A stretch of DNA of 64,000 nt from Octopus sinensis (GCF_006345805.1 NC_043003.1:89838001-89902000), one strand, 5' to 3'. Shown: positions 25,616 to 37,263, counted from the stretch's first letter. The notes: generated by a model from the sequence alone, not told the origin. Numbers and translations are program-made.

Positions 25616-26519
25616 AATGACTCCTTAGTATTCCAAAATATTTTTATGTAATTTCGGTAAATATATCTGTTAAAATGAGATGTCAGATGACAATTTATTC
25701 ACCGCACCCTGTATACATATATGGGTGGGTGTGTGTGTGTGTGTGTGTGTAGTTTTACACACACACACACACATATTTACAGTGTCTACAGACACTTGAA
25801 ACAACTTTATATATTGATCATATGATTTAATGGTTGTCTCTTGGTAAACACAGCCAACTAAATTTGTCTGCACTAGTTTGCAGCTGGTAAAATATCAACA
25901 GAACATGGATATCACAGTTAAAAACAGTGTCTTAACTACTGTTGAAAGGATATTTTGTCAGTGAAGAACATTGTCTTGTGATGACAAAGAAAGCTATTCT
26001 GAAGACCAGGTAGGTAACCCTGTGGTGTGTATAATAACCAACTTTAAACATCACTGCAGCAGTTGCTACTGCTGTTCTTTAACTAGAAGCAGTTAGAACC
26101 TGATTTCAACAAAGAACAAAGCTAAGTGCTCCATTAACTCTAACCTCTATTAGTATACTATATTGCTTATCATCATCATCATCATCATTATTTTCATCAT
26201 CATCAATGTATTTCCTCTTGGTACAAAGGAGGACTTTGTTAGACAATGGGGTGGCTTTGTAATATGTCGTAGACCTTAAAGACTTTTGTTGTGATCATAG
26301 TCAATAGTCCTTTACAACAATTCAGCCTTAACTACTTTGGTGGTATCATGATTTACTTCATATCCTTAAATAAGAATGACATGTTGTTTACTGTTCCTCC
26401 TTTAAGCAATCCTTTTGTTTTTTTACTTTTTGTTAAATTATTTTTATCATATTTCTCAATAAAAGTTCTTCAAAAGCAGTGACACTTTGAGTTAAATCTT
26501 TTATCATTAACTTAAGTCA

Positions 26520-26880
26520 TTGAACTGTGGCAATGCTAAGGCACCATCTTGAAGATTTTAGGCAAAGAAACCAACTCTAGTGTTTATTTTAGTACATTTG
26601 TTAAGCATGGTACTTGTGTTAATGGTCTCCTTTGTGAAATTAGCATCATATGGACATAAACAAACTAACACTAGTTGTCAAGTGGTGGAGGGACTAACAC
26701 AAAGACATGCACACACACACACACACACAATGTTAGGCTTCCACTCAGTTTCCATTTACCGAATTCACTCACATTGGTCAGCCGAATGCTATAATAGAAG
26801 ACACTTGCCCAAAATGCTAAGCAGTGGGACTAAACCTGGAGTCATGTCATTTGGAAGCAAACATCTTACCACACAGCAAA
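26520..26880 (-). mobile_element. tRNA-derived SINE, family A, old copy
   Basis: AGAAGACACTTGCCCAA...CAGTGGGACTAAACC...CTTACCACACAGC is the reverse complement of the family-A head. Confidence 0.7.
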
Positions 26881-27989
26881 TACACAAACTCATCATCATC
26901 ATCATATGTCCATTTTCCATTCTGGCATGGATTGGACAGTTTGACAGGAACTGGTCAGTTGGAGAGCTATCTAGGCTCCAATTGTCTGTTTTGGCATGGT
27001 TTCAATGGCTGGATGCTTTTCCTAATGCCAACCACTTTATAGAGTGTACTGAGTGCTTTTTACATGCCACTGGACTGGGTACATTTTTACATGAAACCGA
27101 CAAGTGCTTCTTGCATGGCACCAGCACGTGCAAGACAAAGACCTATCAGCTGGGAGAGGGAGTTGGGGCATGGCCATAAAGGGCATACCTATATGTGTGG
27201 ATAGCTACAATTTTACTTAGCTTAATGTGTCTTCTCAAGCATAGAAAATTGCCACAAGTTCCCTTGGTCATAGATAAGCACATGAACATAAACAAACACC
27301 AGTTGTCAAATGGTGGAGGGACAAACACAAAGGCAGGCACACACATAATGATAGGCTTCCATATAGTTTCCATCTACCAAATTTACTCACAAGGCATTGG
27401 TCAGCCCAATGCTATAATGAAGACACTTGCCTGCACCAAAGAAAGAATGTACCTCTACCACATGCTTCAGAGAAAAAAATAAAATATATGTCTTGAACTG
27501 TCAGAGGTATCCAAAAACTACGAATAAATAACTTTGATTAATATTAAGACAGGTGCCTGAAAACCTGATCCCAGTGACATCAAACCTCTTACTGCACGTA
27601 CAAGAAAACTAGGTAACAGCTGTAGTGGAAGAAAAAGCATTATAAATGTCTGTGGTTAGTGAGAATAAATAATCTATTTAGTACTTGTAGAAAAAGGATT
27701 GGTTGTATGTTGGCTTGTATACTAGAAATGAAATCATCAAGTTGAATTTGGATGTAATTGAGGTGTCCAATCTTAAATACATTGTGTTTCATAATGATGG
27801 GACATATTTTAAATGCAAGTAACTAGGATTGAAACAAGCATATTTATTAAGGAAAGTCTTTAATACGTGGCTATGGTACATGTGTCTCATCATTATGAGT
27901 CACATTTACTGCTCATATTATGAGATAAATGTTTCGTTTGTTACAACACCTTACCATTTGTTTTGGTTGCATGTTATCTCTTTCATGGT

Positions 27990-28480
27990 GTCTAGTTTAA
28001 TGTAGTCTTGACACTTCTGGTTGTTCATTATCTCTTTTTCATCCTTCTTTCCCAAGCTTTTTCTATTCAGAAGACACATTCAACCCATGCTTCACCCAAA
28101 TGTCATTCTTCACATATCTCGACCAGTATAGTCTTCTCTCTGACTTGTTCATTCTATTTCCTATGTTTTCTCTTGTGCATACTAAAGTTACACATTAAAT
28201 GGAGACTGTTCACCTCATTGTCTTTTCTCAGCTTCTGTATGATTTCTTTTTAGCCTTCAGTACCTGTGTTTCATGGTATGCAACATCACACTTCTTACTT
28301 AAGTTTAATACATTTGTACAATATTACAACCTAGCATCTGCTCAGAAAGAGAAACTCTTTATTGCTAGTAGCAGTGATGGTCATCTGAACTTTATCCACC
28401 ACATCCTTACTCTGGCTACTTCACTTTTGTAAGAGCTACCTCCACTAATAATAGAGTGACTGTCAGCAGATGTTGTCAAT
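27990..28480 (-). mobile_element. Old RTE LINE fragment
   Basis: Diverged match to 16790-17190 (CTGTGTTTCA, CCTTACTCTGGCTACT); boundaries approximate. Confidence 0.5.
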
Positions 28481-28839
28481 TACTTCTAGTGTACCTTTTA
28501 GGCAGTTGAAAAATCTATTTGTGAATGTTTTTACTATCTATTTTTGTACCTTTATAAAATATAAAGTCTGTCAGCCTGCCTGAAATACTATTGCACCTTT
28601 TGTGCATCCATGGTTTGCATTGGGTATACAATAATAGAGTTCTTACCATTTTTCTGTATATCATGCATGAACATTTCCTTAATGGCTCTAAGTTCTACTT
28701 TCTTTCCTGCTCACCAAAACCTACAAGTTCTTATTAATAGTACAAGCTTTTAGGGTTAGTTGTTATTATTAAGTTGTTGGCATTTGGTATGTCAATGTAT
28801 AAAACAGTAAACATGTTAATATTTAATCTATTCAAGTCC

Positions 28840-29250
28840 TGTTTTGTGTCTGCGCAGAGATTTGAAAAGTTAAGATCTGCTAGTAGTCGAGATCAACACA
28901 TGGTCTCACATCGCTGCAGACCTCGATTCAATTTAGGCGATTCAATTTAGGCGACTCGTTGATGAAGCCAGCCTTAGCAAACATATTCTGTGTTTTGCTA
29001 GAAAGAGGCAGAAACTGATCAGTCCGAGGTGTAAAGTTATCGGTAAACGTTTTTGATTTTCACTCTCGATAAATTCATCTCCTTTTTGTGTTCCCAGCAC
29101 TCGGTATCCTAATTTAGGAGCCCTTAATTGTATTACTACATGAATAATATTTTTCTATATGAATAATATTTTGTCTTATGACTAATTCGTCTTTTGTGCT
29201 GGGCACCTGGTAGTAACCAATATTACTACCCTTCTTGTTTATATTCGCAT
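28840..29250 (+). mobile_element. Hammerhead-bearing pseudo-LTR-like insertion
   Basis: CpG-richer than flanks, contains the hammerhead at 28955-29028, ends in (TA)n; 5' boundary approximate. Confidence 0.55.
28955..29028 (+). ncRNA. Type-I hammerhead ribozyme motif (U3 variant, 10-nt palindromic helix III)
   Basis: CTCG-TTGATGA-A-GCC...TAGCAAA..TTTGCTA...GGC-A-GAAACTGATCAGTC-CGAG; predicted cleavage after 29024. Confidence 0.7.
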
Positions 29251-29267
29251 TTATATATATATATATA

Positions 29268-29302
<35 letters not shown>

Positions 29303-29314
29303 TATATTATATAC

Positions 29315-29693
29315 ATCATCATCATCATCATCATCATCATTTAACGTCCACTTTCCATGCTGGCATGGGTTGGACGGTTTCACTGAGGACTGGTGAGCCA
29401 GATGGCTGCACCAGGTTCCAATCTGATCTGGCGGAGTTTCTACAGCTTCATGCCCTTCGTAACGCCAACCACTGAGAGTGTAGTGGGTGCTTTTACGTGC
29501 TATCGGCACAAGGGCCTGTCAGACGGTGCTGGCAATGGCCATGCTCAAATGGTATTTTTTACGTGATAAATGCACAGGAGCCAGTCCAGCGGCACTGGCA
29601 ATGACCTCACTCAAACGCTTTTCATGTCCCACCGGCACAAGTGCCAATGAGGCGACGCTGGTAATGATCACACTCAAATGGTGTTTTTTACGT
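29315..29693 (-). mobile_element. RTE LINE 3' UTR fragment with (GAT)n tail
   Basis: Matches 16171-16470; about four ~67-bp UTR repeat starts. Confidence 0.85.
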
Positions 29694-29954
29694 ACATATA
29701 TATGTATATATACATATATGTATATATATATATATATGTATATATATACATATATATATATTGTATATATATGCATATGTATATAATATATATTATATAT
29801 ATATATATATATGCATATGTATATATATATATATATGCATATGTATATATATATTATATATGCATATGTATTATATATATATATATATATGCATAGTATA
29901 TATTTTATATATTACATATCTATATATATATTGTATTATATTTATATATTATAT

Positions 29955-29989
<35 letters not shown>

Positions 29990-29999
29990 ATATATATAC
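29694..29999. repeat. Degenerate (TA)n microsatellite
   Basis: Direct inspection; source of many spurious IYIY ORFs. Confidence 0.95.
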
Positions 30000-30356
30000 T
30001 CTATATATAAAAAACTCAACTTGTGTGTGTCTGTGTGTTTTAACTTCCCCGGCACATCTCCTCCTAACCAACAATCGTAGAAAACCAAAAATGGGTCACT
30101 TTAAAGTTTAGGTGAATGAAAATTGAACTGCGCTATTTCTTTTCCGAATTCATCTCTCAAGTGCAAAAATCGATAAGTGTGTTTGTTAGGCCTTATCCTC
30201 TGCATTGATAGTGAACTTTACTCAGTTAGCTGTTTGACATGAACTGTATTCACCACGCGTGTATGCGTAAATTGCATGAAAAATAAAAAATCAAGATATA
30301 AAAATGATCGCCATAAACATTGTAGAAATTCGGCAAAGAAATGAAGTTTTGGGATG
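30000..30356 (+). mobile_element. Helitron 5' end, interrupted by assembly gap
   Basis: TCTATATATAAAAAACTCAACTTGTGTGTGTCTG resembles the 5' ends of the Helitrons at 33055 and 33561. Confidence 0.6.
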
Positions 30357-30456
30357 NNNNNNNNNNNNNNNNNNNNNNNNNNNNNNNNNNNNNNNNNNNN
30401 NNNNNNNNNNNNNNNNNNNNNNNNNNNNNNNNNNNNNNNNNNNNNNNNNNNNNNNN
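30357..30456. other. Assembly gap (100 N)
   Basis: Run of N. Confidence 1.
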
Positions 30457-30482
30457 GAACAAGGGAGGTCAGTCGCTCCACA

Positions 30483-30553
30483 CTACTTGACCGGCAGCTA
30501 CAGACGCGTTTCGGGGTATTGGCCCTTTTCAATGCAGCGTAGCCAGCCAGTAG
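30483..30553 (-). ncRNA. Extended type-I hammerhead ribozyme, U3-A8 core (copy 1)
   Basis: CTAC-TGGCTGGC-TAC-GCTGCA-TTGAAAA-GGG-CCAATAC-CCC-GAAAC-GC-GTC-TGTAGC-T-GCCGGTCA-A-GTAG; predicted cleavage 30503/30502. Confidence 0.85.
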
Positions 30554-30842
30554 GTGTCGCTTCTGACAATCTCTGTTCGATGGTTTTATTTACCTAGTTT
30601 TGGTGGAATACATCCACTTGTTTTCAATAATAGAAATATTAAAATACTAAGTCTCTCTAAAAGAGAACAGCGGCAGCGTTCCCGGAAAATAATAGTTATC
30701 GCCATACTATATGGCATTCTTATAAAAATAAGTATAAAGCTGTCCGCTTATTAGCTCCATGAGGCCATCGCCTTAAGTTAGCTATTTGATACACAAACTG
30801 TATCCATATAACCTTCGAACAAGGGAGGTCAGTCGCTCCACA

Positions 30843-30913
30843 CTACTTGACCGGCAGCTACAGACGCGTTTCGGGGTATTGCCCCTTTTCAATGCAGCGT
30901 AGCCAGCCAGTAG
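30843..30913 (-). ncRNA. Extended type-I hammerhead ribozyme, U3-A8 core (copy 2)
   Basis: As copy 1 but helix II is GGGG-CAATA-CCCC; predicted cleavage 30863/30862. Confidence 0.87.
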
Positions 30914-31057
30914 GTGTCGCTTCTGACAATCTCTGTTCGATGGTTTTATTTACCTATTTTCGGTGGAATACATCCACTTGTTTTCAATAATAGAAATATT
31001 AAAATTACTAAGTCTCTCTAAAAGAGAACAGCGGCAGCGTTCCCGGAAAATAATAGT

Positions 31058-31740
31058 ATATTTTCTCCGAACTTTCAGAACAAGAGAGAAGGAGACACTG
31101 ATGCTCTTTTGGAAAACTTTCGTCCTCAGCCGCTTGGACTACTGCTCCCAACTGTGGTCACCACACAATACAAAGCTAACAGCAGAACTTGAAGCAATTC
31201 AACGAAGCTACACTATGAAGATCGTCTCAATGCAACATATCAGCTACTGGGAAAGAGTGAAAGTATTAAAACACTTCTCCCTAGAGTGAAGGCTGGAGAG
31301 ATATTCGGTGATATACATCTGGAAAGTCCTGGAGGGTCTTGTCCCAAACTTTGGCATTCAAAGTTACCCCAACTACAGAACGGGGCGCCACTGCATGGTG
31401 CCAAAGATTTCAACATCACCTTCAAATACAGGACCAGATACTGCAACAGCTTGGGTTTCAGAGGACCACAGCTCTTCAACATCCTCCCTAAATGCCTGAG
31501 AGACTTGCATGGTGTGGATGTGGGTTTCTTTAAAACTAAACTGGATCTCTTCTTGTCTGGGGTCCCAGATGAACCTACCTCACGACAGGAGACGCAGATG
31601 CAGGCAGCAGCATCGAACTCTCTTGTTGACCAAGTGCCACATATCAGAGGTGGATTCACATACAAGTGTAGCTCATTCAGCGGTGGTGCCCCAGCATGAC
31701 CGCAGCCTTCGGGCTAAAACATTTTTAAGGATTTAAGGAT
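31058..31740 (+). mobile_element. CR1/L2-group LINE 3' fragment
   Basis: RTFRTRE..LFWKTFVLSRLDYCSQLWSPH...LEAIQR...SYWER...GPQLFNILPKCLR...FKTKLDLFLSGVPDEP; 3' stem-loop and (TTTAAGGA)n tail. Confidence 0.9.
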
Positions 31741-32658
31741 ATAATATATATTTCATATATATATATATATACACATAAGTGTATATCTGTTACTTATATG
31801 TATATTTATGTGTAGATATATACGTATACAAGTACGTATGTATGAGTCTATGTATAAAGGTTCTTGTCGGTGTATAACAAATAAGCATGTATACACCGAC
31901 AAAATATATAAATTTTATAACATTTGTTAAATTACATATTATGTTTAGGGGTACATAGATGTAATAATGAATAACTCCGGTTTCTTATTAAATAATAACC
32001 TTATAATTGTTTTAGTATATGGATGTATTAATTGCTTGGATAAAGTTTATACAGAATTAAAGCTGTGGGCATGCATGTATACCTGTACTTTTGACTGTGC
32101 ACGTATGTATGTCTGCGTACGTTTATATGTATATTTATATATGTTTATGGGTGGGTATGCGTATGTGTGTGTATATGTATGTATATATATATTATATATA
32201 TATATATATATTGGTGTAGTTTTCCATACCTGTATATATGTTTTAAGTGTATGTGTTGTTGAAGTTGTGTTTGTGCGTGTACATATGGACGTGTATTCAT
32301 ATCTATTTATGGAGTATATTTGTATATAGGAGGATATATAAGTATGTCTATTCTAATAGGGTATATATAGGTACTTGAGTGTATGTATACCTGTATATAT
32401 ATATTAAATTTATGTTTATAGGTGTATATCTGTTACTTATATGTATATTTGTGTAGGTATTTGGGTATACAAGTACATATGTATGAGTCTATGTATAAAT
32501 GTTCTTGTCAGTGTATATTAAAAGCAAGCATGTATACACCGACAAGATATAAATTACATAACCTTTGATAAATTATATATCGTGATTGGGGGTACATAGA
32601 TGTAATAATGAATAACTCCGGTTTGTTATTAAATAACCACCTTATATTTGTTTTAGTA

Positions 32659-33055
32659 CTAGCAGTATCACCCGGTGTTGCTCGGGTTTGTAAGGGAAAT
32701 AACTATATAAGCATTTTTAGAGAGTTATAGCCAAAAAATAGCAAAAAAATGCATTAAAAATGGGAAAAAAATGATGGTAAATTTTTTTTTAAATTGTTGA
32801 CTCATCGTAGACATTTTTAGAGTTGCTTCCCTTATATAATAGCGAAAAAATGCAGTAAAAATTGAAAAAAATGATGGTAAATTTTTTTTTAAATCGTAGA
32901 CTCATCAAAGACGCGCGCTAATACCCAGAAGGGCTCGATATGAATCACGACTATAAGATACCCGGTTTTGGTTAAACTGCACCGCAAAATGTGGGAGTAG
33001 TTAGGAATCTAAATCGTAGGAGACAGACACACAACTTCACTTTTATATATAAAGA
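32659..33055 (-). mobile_element. Non-autonomous Helitron
   Basis: 5' TC, 3' hairpin CCCG-AGCAACAC-CGGG then CTAG; no TSD. Confidence 0.9.
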
Positions 33056-33561
33056 CTAGCAGTATCGCCCGGCGTTGCTCGGGTTTGTAAGGGAAATAAC
33101 TATATAAGCATTTTTAGAGAGTTACTTCCTTTATAAATTCGGGCTTTCTTAGCCATTTTTGTTTTGGTGTCTTCAAGCCATGAAGTCATTGTTCTAAAAG
33201 AACGCTGGTTTCCTTCACAACGCATTACGACGTTGATTTCTTTACACTCCCTTCCCCACAGCTTCACGAGGGAGGGAAGGGGGAGAAGCAAACAGGTGCA
33301 GCTGTGAGCATGGACGCCAACTCCGCTGCCATCGACACACGATGCATTTTATGCATTAAAATGGAATAAAAAATGATGTTAAATTATTTTTAAAATTGTA
33401 GACTCATCGTTGACGCGCTAATATAGTCAGACGGGCTCGATATGAATCACGACTATAAGATACCCGGTTTTGGTTAAACTGCACCGCAAAATGTGGGAGG
33501 AGTTAGGAATCTAAATCGAAGGGGACAGACACTCACACAACTAGAGTTTTATATATATAGA
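33056..33561 (-). mobile_element. Non-autonomous Helitron, related variant, head-to-tail with the previous one
   Basis: 5' TCTATATATATAAAAC, 3' CCCGAGCAACGCCGGG...CTAG joined directly to the TC of the next copy. Confidence 0.9.
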
Positions 33562-35028
33562 TATGGATGTATAAATTGCTTGGATAAAGTTTGTACAGAA
33601 TTATAATTTGAGCAAACTCATACTTGTAGATATTGATATATGGTCAGATACTTAATATTTTGGTTTTATTACGGTATTACACGGTGAATTTTAACTTATG
33701 TATCTTCCGTAAATAACTTACTTTTTCTTTACCCTAGTTGTTGTCAAATGTGTTTGCTTAGTTTCTATCTCTTTTGTAAGTTTTATCTGAACATTTTCCA
33801 ACCTTTGCCTAATATAAATCCTAACATTTTCTACCCTTTTAGGCCCCCCTTTTTTATACTTTACAAATTACCCTTTCAACCTTTTTTGATGTATTAAGAA
33901 TTAGTAATATCTTCATTTTAATGATTCATGATACTATTTTTTTTAGTTATTAGTATGTATGTGTATGTATATATATACATATATGTGTACGTGGTTGTTT
34001 ATGGGTATATGTATTTGTGTATATATATATATTGATATATACGTATGTAGTTATGTATGTATGTATGTTTGTATGTATGAAAGTTTGTATTTTCGTGCTT
34101 ATGTTTATCTATGTGTGTGTGTGTATGTGCGCATATATGTGTGTATGTATGTAAGTGTATCTTAACCAACCAACCGTAACTAAGACAATTGAAATTCAAA
34201 TGTGCCAACCAATTGAATTGAGCTTTAAATTTTAAATTATCCACTAGCCTGTTAAGAACTATCAATCACCTTTCGAACTGTGATCTGTATGTGTATACAT
34301 GCATAGTTGGTTATTTTGTATGATGTAAAAGAATAATTTTTCTTTATATATGTATTTGTATTAATGGATGCTGTTGCGCATGTATGTGTATGCATGTACA
34401 TGTTAGTTGGTACTTGTGTGTATATATGTGTATGTAGATTTATACTAATTTGTCGTTTTTAGCTGTATAATGTATATTTATAATGGTATGGTATATTGTG
34501 ACATTATACATTATTTGGCATTATTTTATTGAATATGTTATATTGAATTAAGTAATTTACTGGCGTGCTATACTGTATTGTATTATATTATGCTGATGCT
34601 GTATTTTATGTGGTATTTTCCATCTACTATGTATTGTGAATAGCTGAATGCACATATTCTTTTATTGGTATTAATAATAATAATAATAATAATATTAATA
34701 GCCTTTTTTAACGTAATGCAATGAACTCTGGACTTTGTATATGTACACTTTGATGTGGATATATGTATGTATGTATATTCTAGTATATTGATTTGACTAA
34801 CTGTAACCTTATGCGTATGTATGTTATTATGTATATACTTATATTTGTGTATATGTAGGTGTATATATATACTTATATGTATATGTATATATGTATATGT
34901 ATATATGTATATGTATATATGTATATGTATATATGTATATATACTTATTCTTGTATATGTGTACCTTCTCTAATATTCATATTTGCACTTTATATCTTCA
35001 TTTTATACCTCTATAATTGTACTTTATA

Positions 35029-35156
35029 ATCTCTGACGTGGCCTTGAGATATATATATATAAGTAACTCATTTATAACCGCATATTACCTTAATACATCT
35101 GACTAATATGAGCATAATGAGATACTCTTATCTACAGGCTGAAACAGCTGTAAGAT
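35029..35156 (+). ncRNA. Hammerhead motif with 91-nt helix II insert, A9U variant
   Basis: ATCT-CTGACGT-GGCCT...AGGCT-GAAAC-AGCT-GTA-AGAT; palindrome ACAGCTGT. Confidence 0.6.
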
Positions 35157-35160
35157 CCAT

Positions 35161-35393
35161 TTTATATTTATATGTATTGTTCTTATGGTATTATCTCACT
35201 CATTGATATGTACTGTTTTATTCTGTATTATTCTGTTTGATCTGGATGTTCCTAAATAATTAGTTAATACCAATTCATATAATTTATTAACTAATTATTT
35301 AGGAACATCCAGATCAAACAGAATAATACAGAATAGAACAGTACATATCAATGGGTGAGATAATACCATAAGAACAATACATATAAATATAAA
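35161..35393. repeat. 109-bp inverted repeat, 15-nt spacer
   Basis: 35161-35269 vs 35285-35393, two mismatches. Confidence 0.95.
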
Positions 35394-35480
35394 TTCCTCT
35401 ATTTACATAATATTGAGGTCTCTTTCTTTCTTTTGTTATCTTACCGTTTTATCAATATATATATACATATATATATAATA

Positions 35481-35515
<35 letters not shown>

Positions 35516-35518
<3 letters not shown>

Positions 35519-36890
35519 AAGGAAGGCTAACTGGGAAGATAGTTTTTGTATGTGGCAGATGCTCAAGAGCAATAATCTCTGAAAATCTGCAGAAAACAAC
35601 TTCTGTCACTTTCCAGGGGGAAAAACTAGAAGTAGTTGATAGCTTCCGTTATCTAGGTGACCAAGTCGGTAGTGGGGGTGGGTGTGCTGAAAGTGTAACT
35701 GCTAGAGTAAGAATAGCCTGGGCAAAGTTTAGGGAGCTCTTACCTCTGCTGGTGACTAAAGGCCTCTCACTCAGAGTAAAAGGCAGACTGTATGATACAT
35801 GTGTACGAACAGCCATGCTACATGGCAGTGAAACATGGGCCGTGACTGCTGAGGACATGCGTAAGCTCGCGAGGAATGAAGCCAGTATGCTCCGATGGAT
35901 ATGTAATGTCAGCGTGCATACTCGACAGAGCGTTAGTACCCTGAGAGAAATGTTGGACCTAAGAAGCATCAGTTGTGGTTGACAAGAGAGATGATTGCGC
36001 TGGTATGGTCATGTGGCGAGAATGGATGAAGATAGGTGTGTGAAAAAGTGCCAATCCCTAGCAGTTGAGGGAACCCGTGGAAGAGGTAGACCCAGGAAAA
36101 CCTGGGACGAGGTGGTGAAGCACGACCTTCGAACCTTGGGTCTCACTGAGGAAATGACCAGCGACCAAGACCTTTAGAAATATGCTGTGCGTGAGAAGAC
36201 CAGGCAGGACAAGTGAGTCCAGCCCACTTATGCATGCCTTACCCCCCTTGGACACACAAAGACCTGTTGAGGCAAGCGAAGTCGATATTGAACCTCATCC
36301 GACGACAGGCACCTATGGCAACCACCCTTGCTTGCGAAGACCTGTTGGGGCAAGTGAAATCGAAATTGAACCAATCCTATGACTAGCACCCGGCAGATGC
36401 CAGGGCCCTGGGACTGGAGGTACATAAAAAGCACTATCCGAATTGTGGCCGATGCCAGTGCCACCTCGACTGGCTTCCGTGTCGGTGGCACGTAAAAAGC
36501 ACCATCCGAAGCCAGTGCCGCCTCGACTGGCTTCCATAAAATGCACCATCCAAATTGTGGCCGATGCCAGCGCCGCCTCGAGTGGCTTCCATGTCGGTGG
36601 CACGTAAAAAGCACCATCCGAATCGTAGCCGAAGCCAGTGCCGCCTCGACTGGCTTCCATAAAATGCACCAATCCGACCGTGGCCGATGCCAGCCTCGCC
36701 TGGCACCAGTGCAGGTGGCACGTAAAAAGCACCCACTACACTCATGGAGTGGTTGGCGTTAGGAAGGGCATCCAGCTGTAGAAACGTTGCCAGATAAGAC
36801 TGGAGCCTGGTGCAGCCTTCTGGCTTCCCAGATCCCCGGTCGAACCGTCCAACCCATGCTAGCATGGAGAACGGACGTTAAACGATGATG
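35516..36890 (+). mobile_element. RTE LINE, 5'-truncated
   Basis: Same family as 16171-18768 (RLYDTCVRTAMLHGSETW, RWYGHVARM, RGRGRPRKTW); (GAT)n tail; (TA)n on both sides. Confidence 0.95.
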
Positions 36891-36930
36891 ATATATATAT
36901 ATATATAATATATATTTTATATATATAATA

Positions 36931-36982
<52 letters not shown>

Positions 36983-37035
36983 TTTTATATATATACATAT
37001 AACGTATATTTTATATATATATGAGCATATATATA

Positions 37036-37200
37036 GGCGCAGGAGTGGCTGTGTGGTAAGTAGCTTGCCAACCAACCACATGGTTCCGGGTTCAGTTCCA
37101 CTGCGTGGCACCTTGGGCAAGTGTCTTCTGCTATAGCCCCGGGCCGACCAAAGCCTTCTCAGTGGATTTGGTAGACGGAAACTGAAAGAAGCCTGTCGTA

Positions 37201-37263
<63 letters not shown>

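Larger units (their letters stand above)
30457..31057 (-). repeat. 360-bp tandem repeat (about 1.7 visible units), ORF-less, one hammerhead per unit; retrozyme-like or tandem pseudo-LTR
   Basis: GAACAAGGGAGGTCAG at 30457 and 30817; units nearly identical. Confidence 0.9.
31779..33605. repeat. Diverged ~280-bp direct duplication (31779-32060 vs 32422-32658 + 33562-33605) in an AT-rich element; second copy interrupted by Helitrons
   Basis: Shared blocks GTGTATATCTGTTACTTATATG, GGGGTACATAGATGTAATAATGAATAACTCCGG, TATGGATGTAT.AATTGCTTGGATAAAGTTT. Confidence 0.85.

Noticed and set aside
25962-26009. 48-nt segment with AG and CAG/GTAGGT boundaries
   Set aside because: Weak polypyrimidine tract and no recognisable peptide; such pairs occur by chance in 64 kb
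30218-30597. ORFs spanning the N run
   Set aside because: Artefacts of the assembly gap
37036-37110. tRNA gene suggested by A and B boxes
   Set aside because: Continues into SINE body and tail, and occurs in many diverged copies
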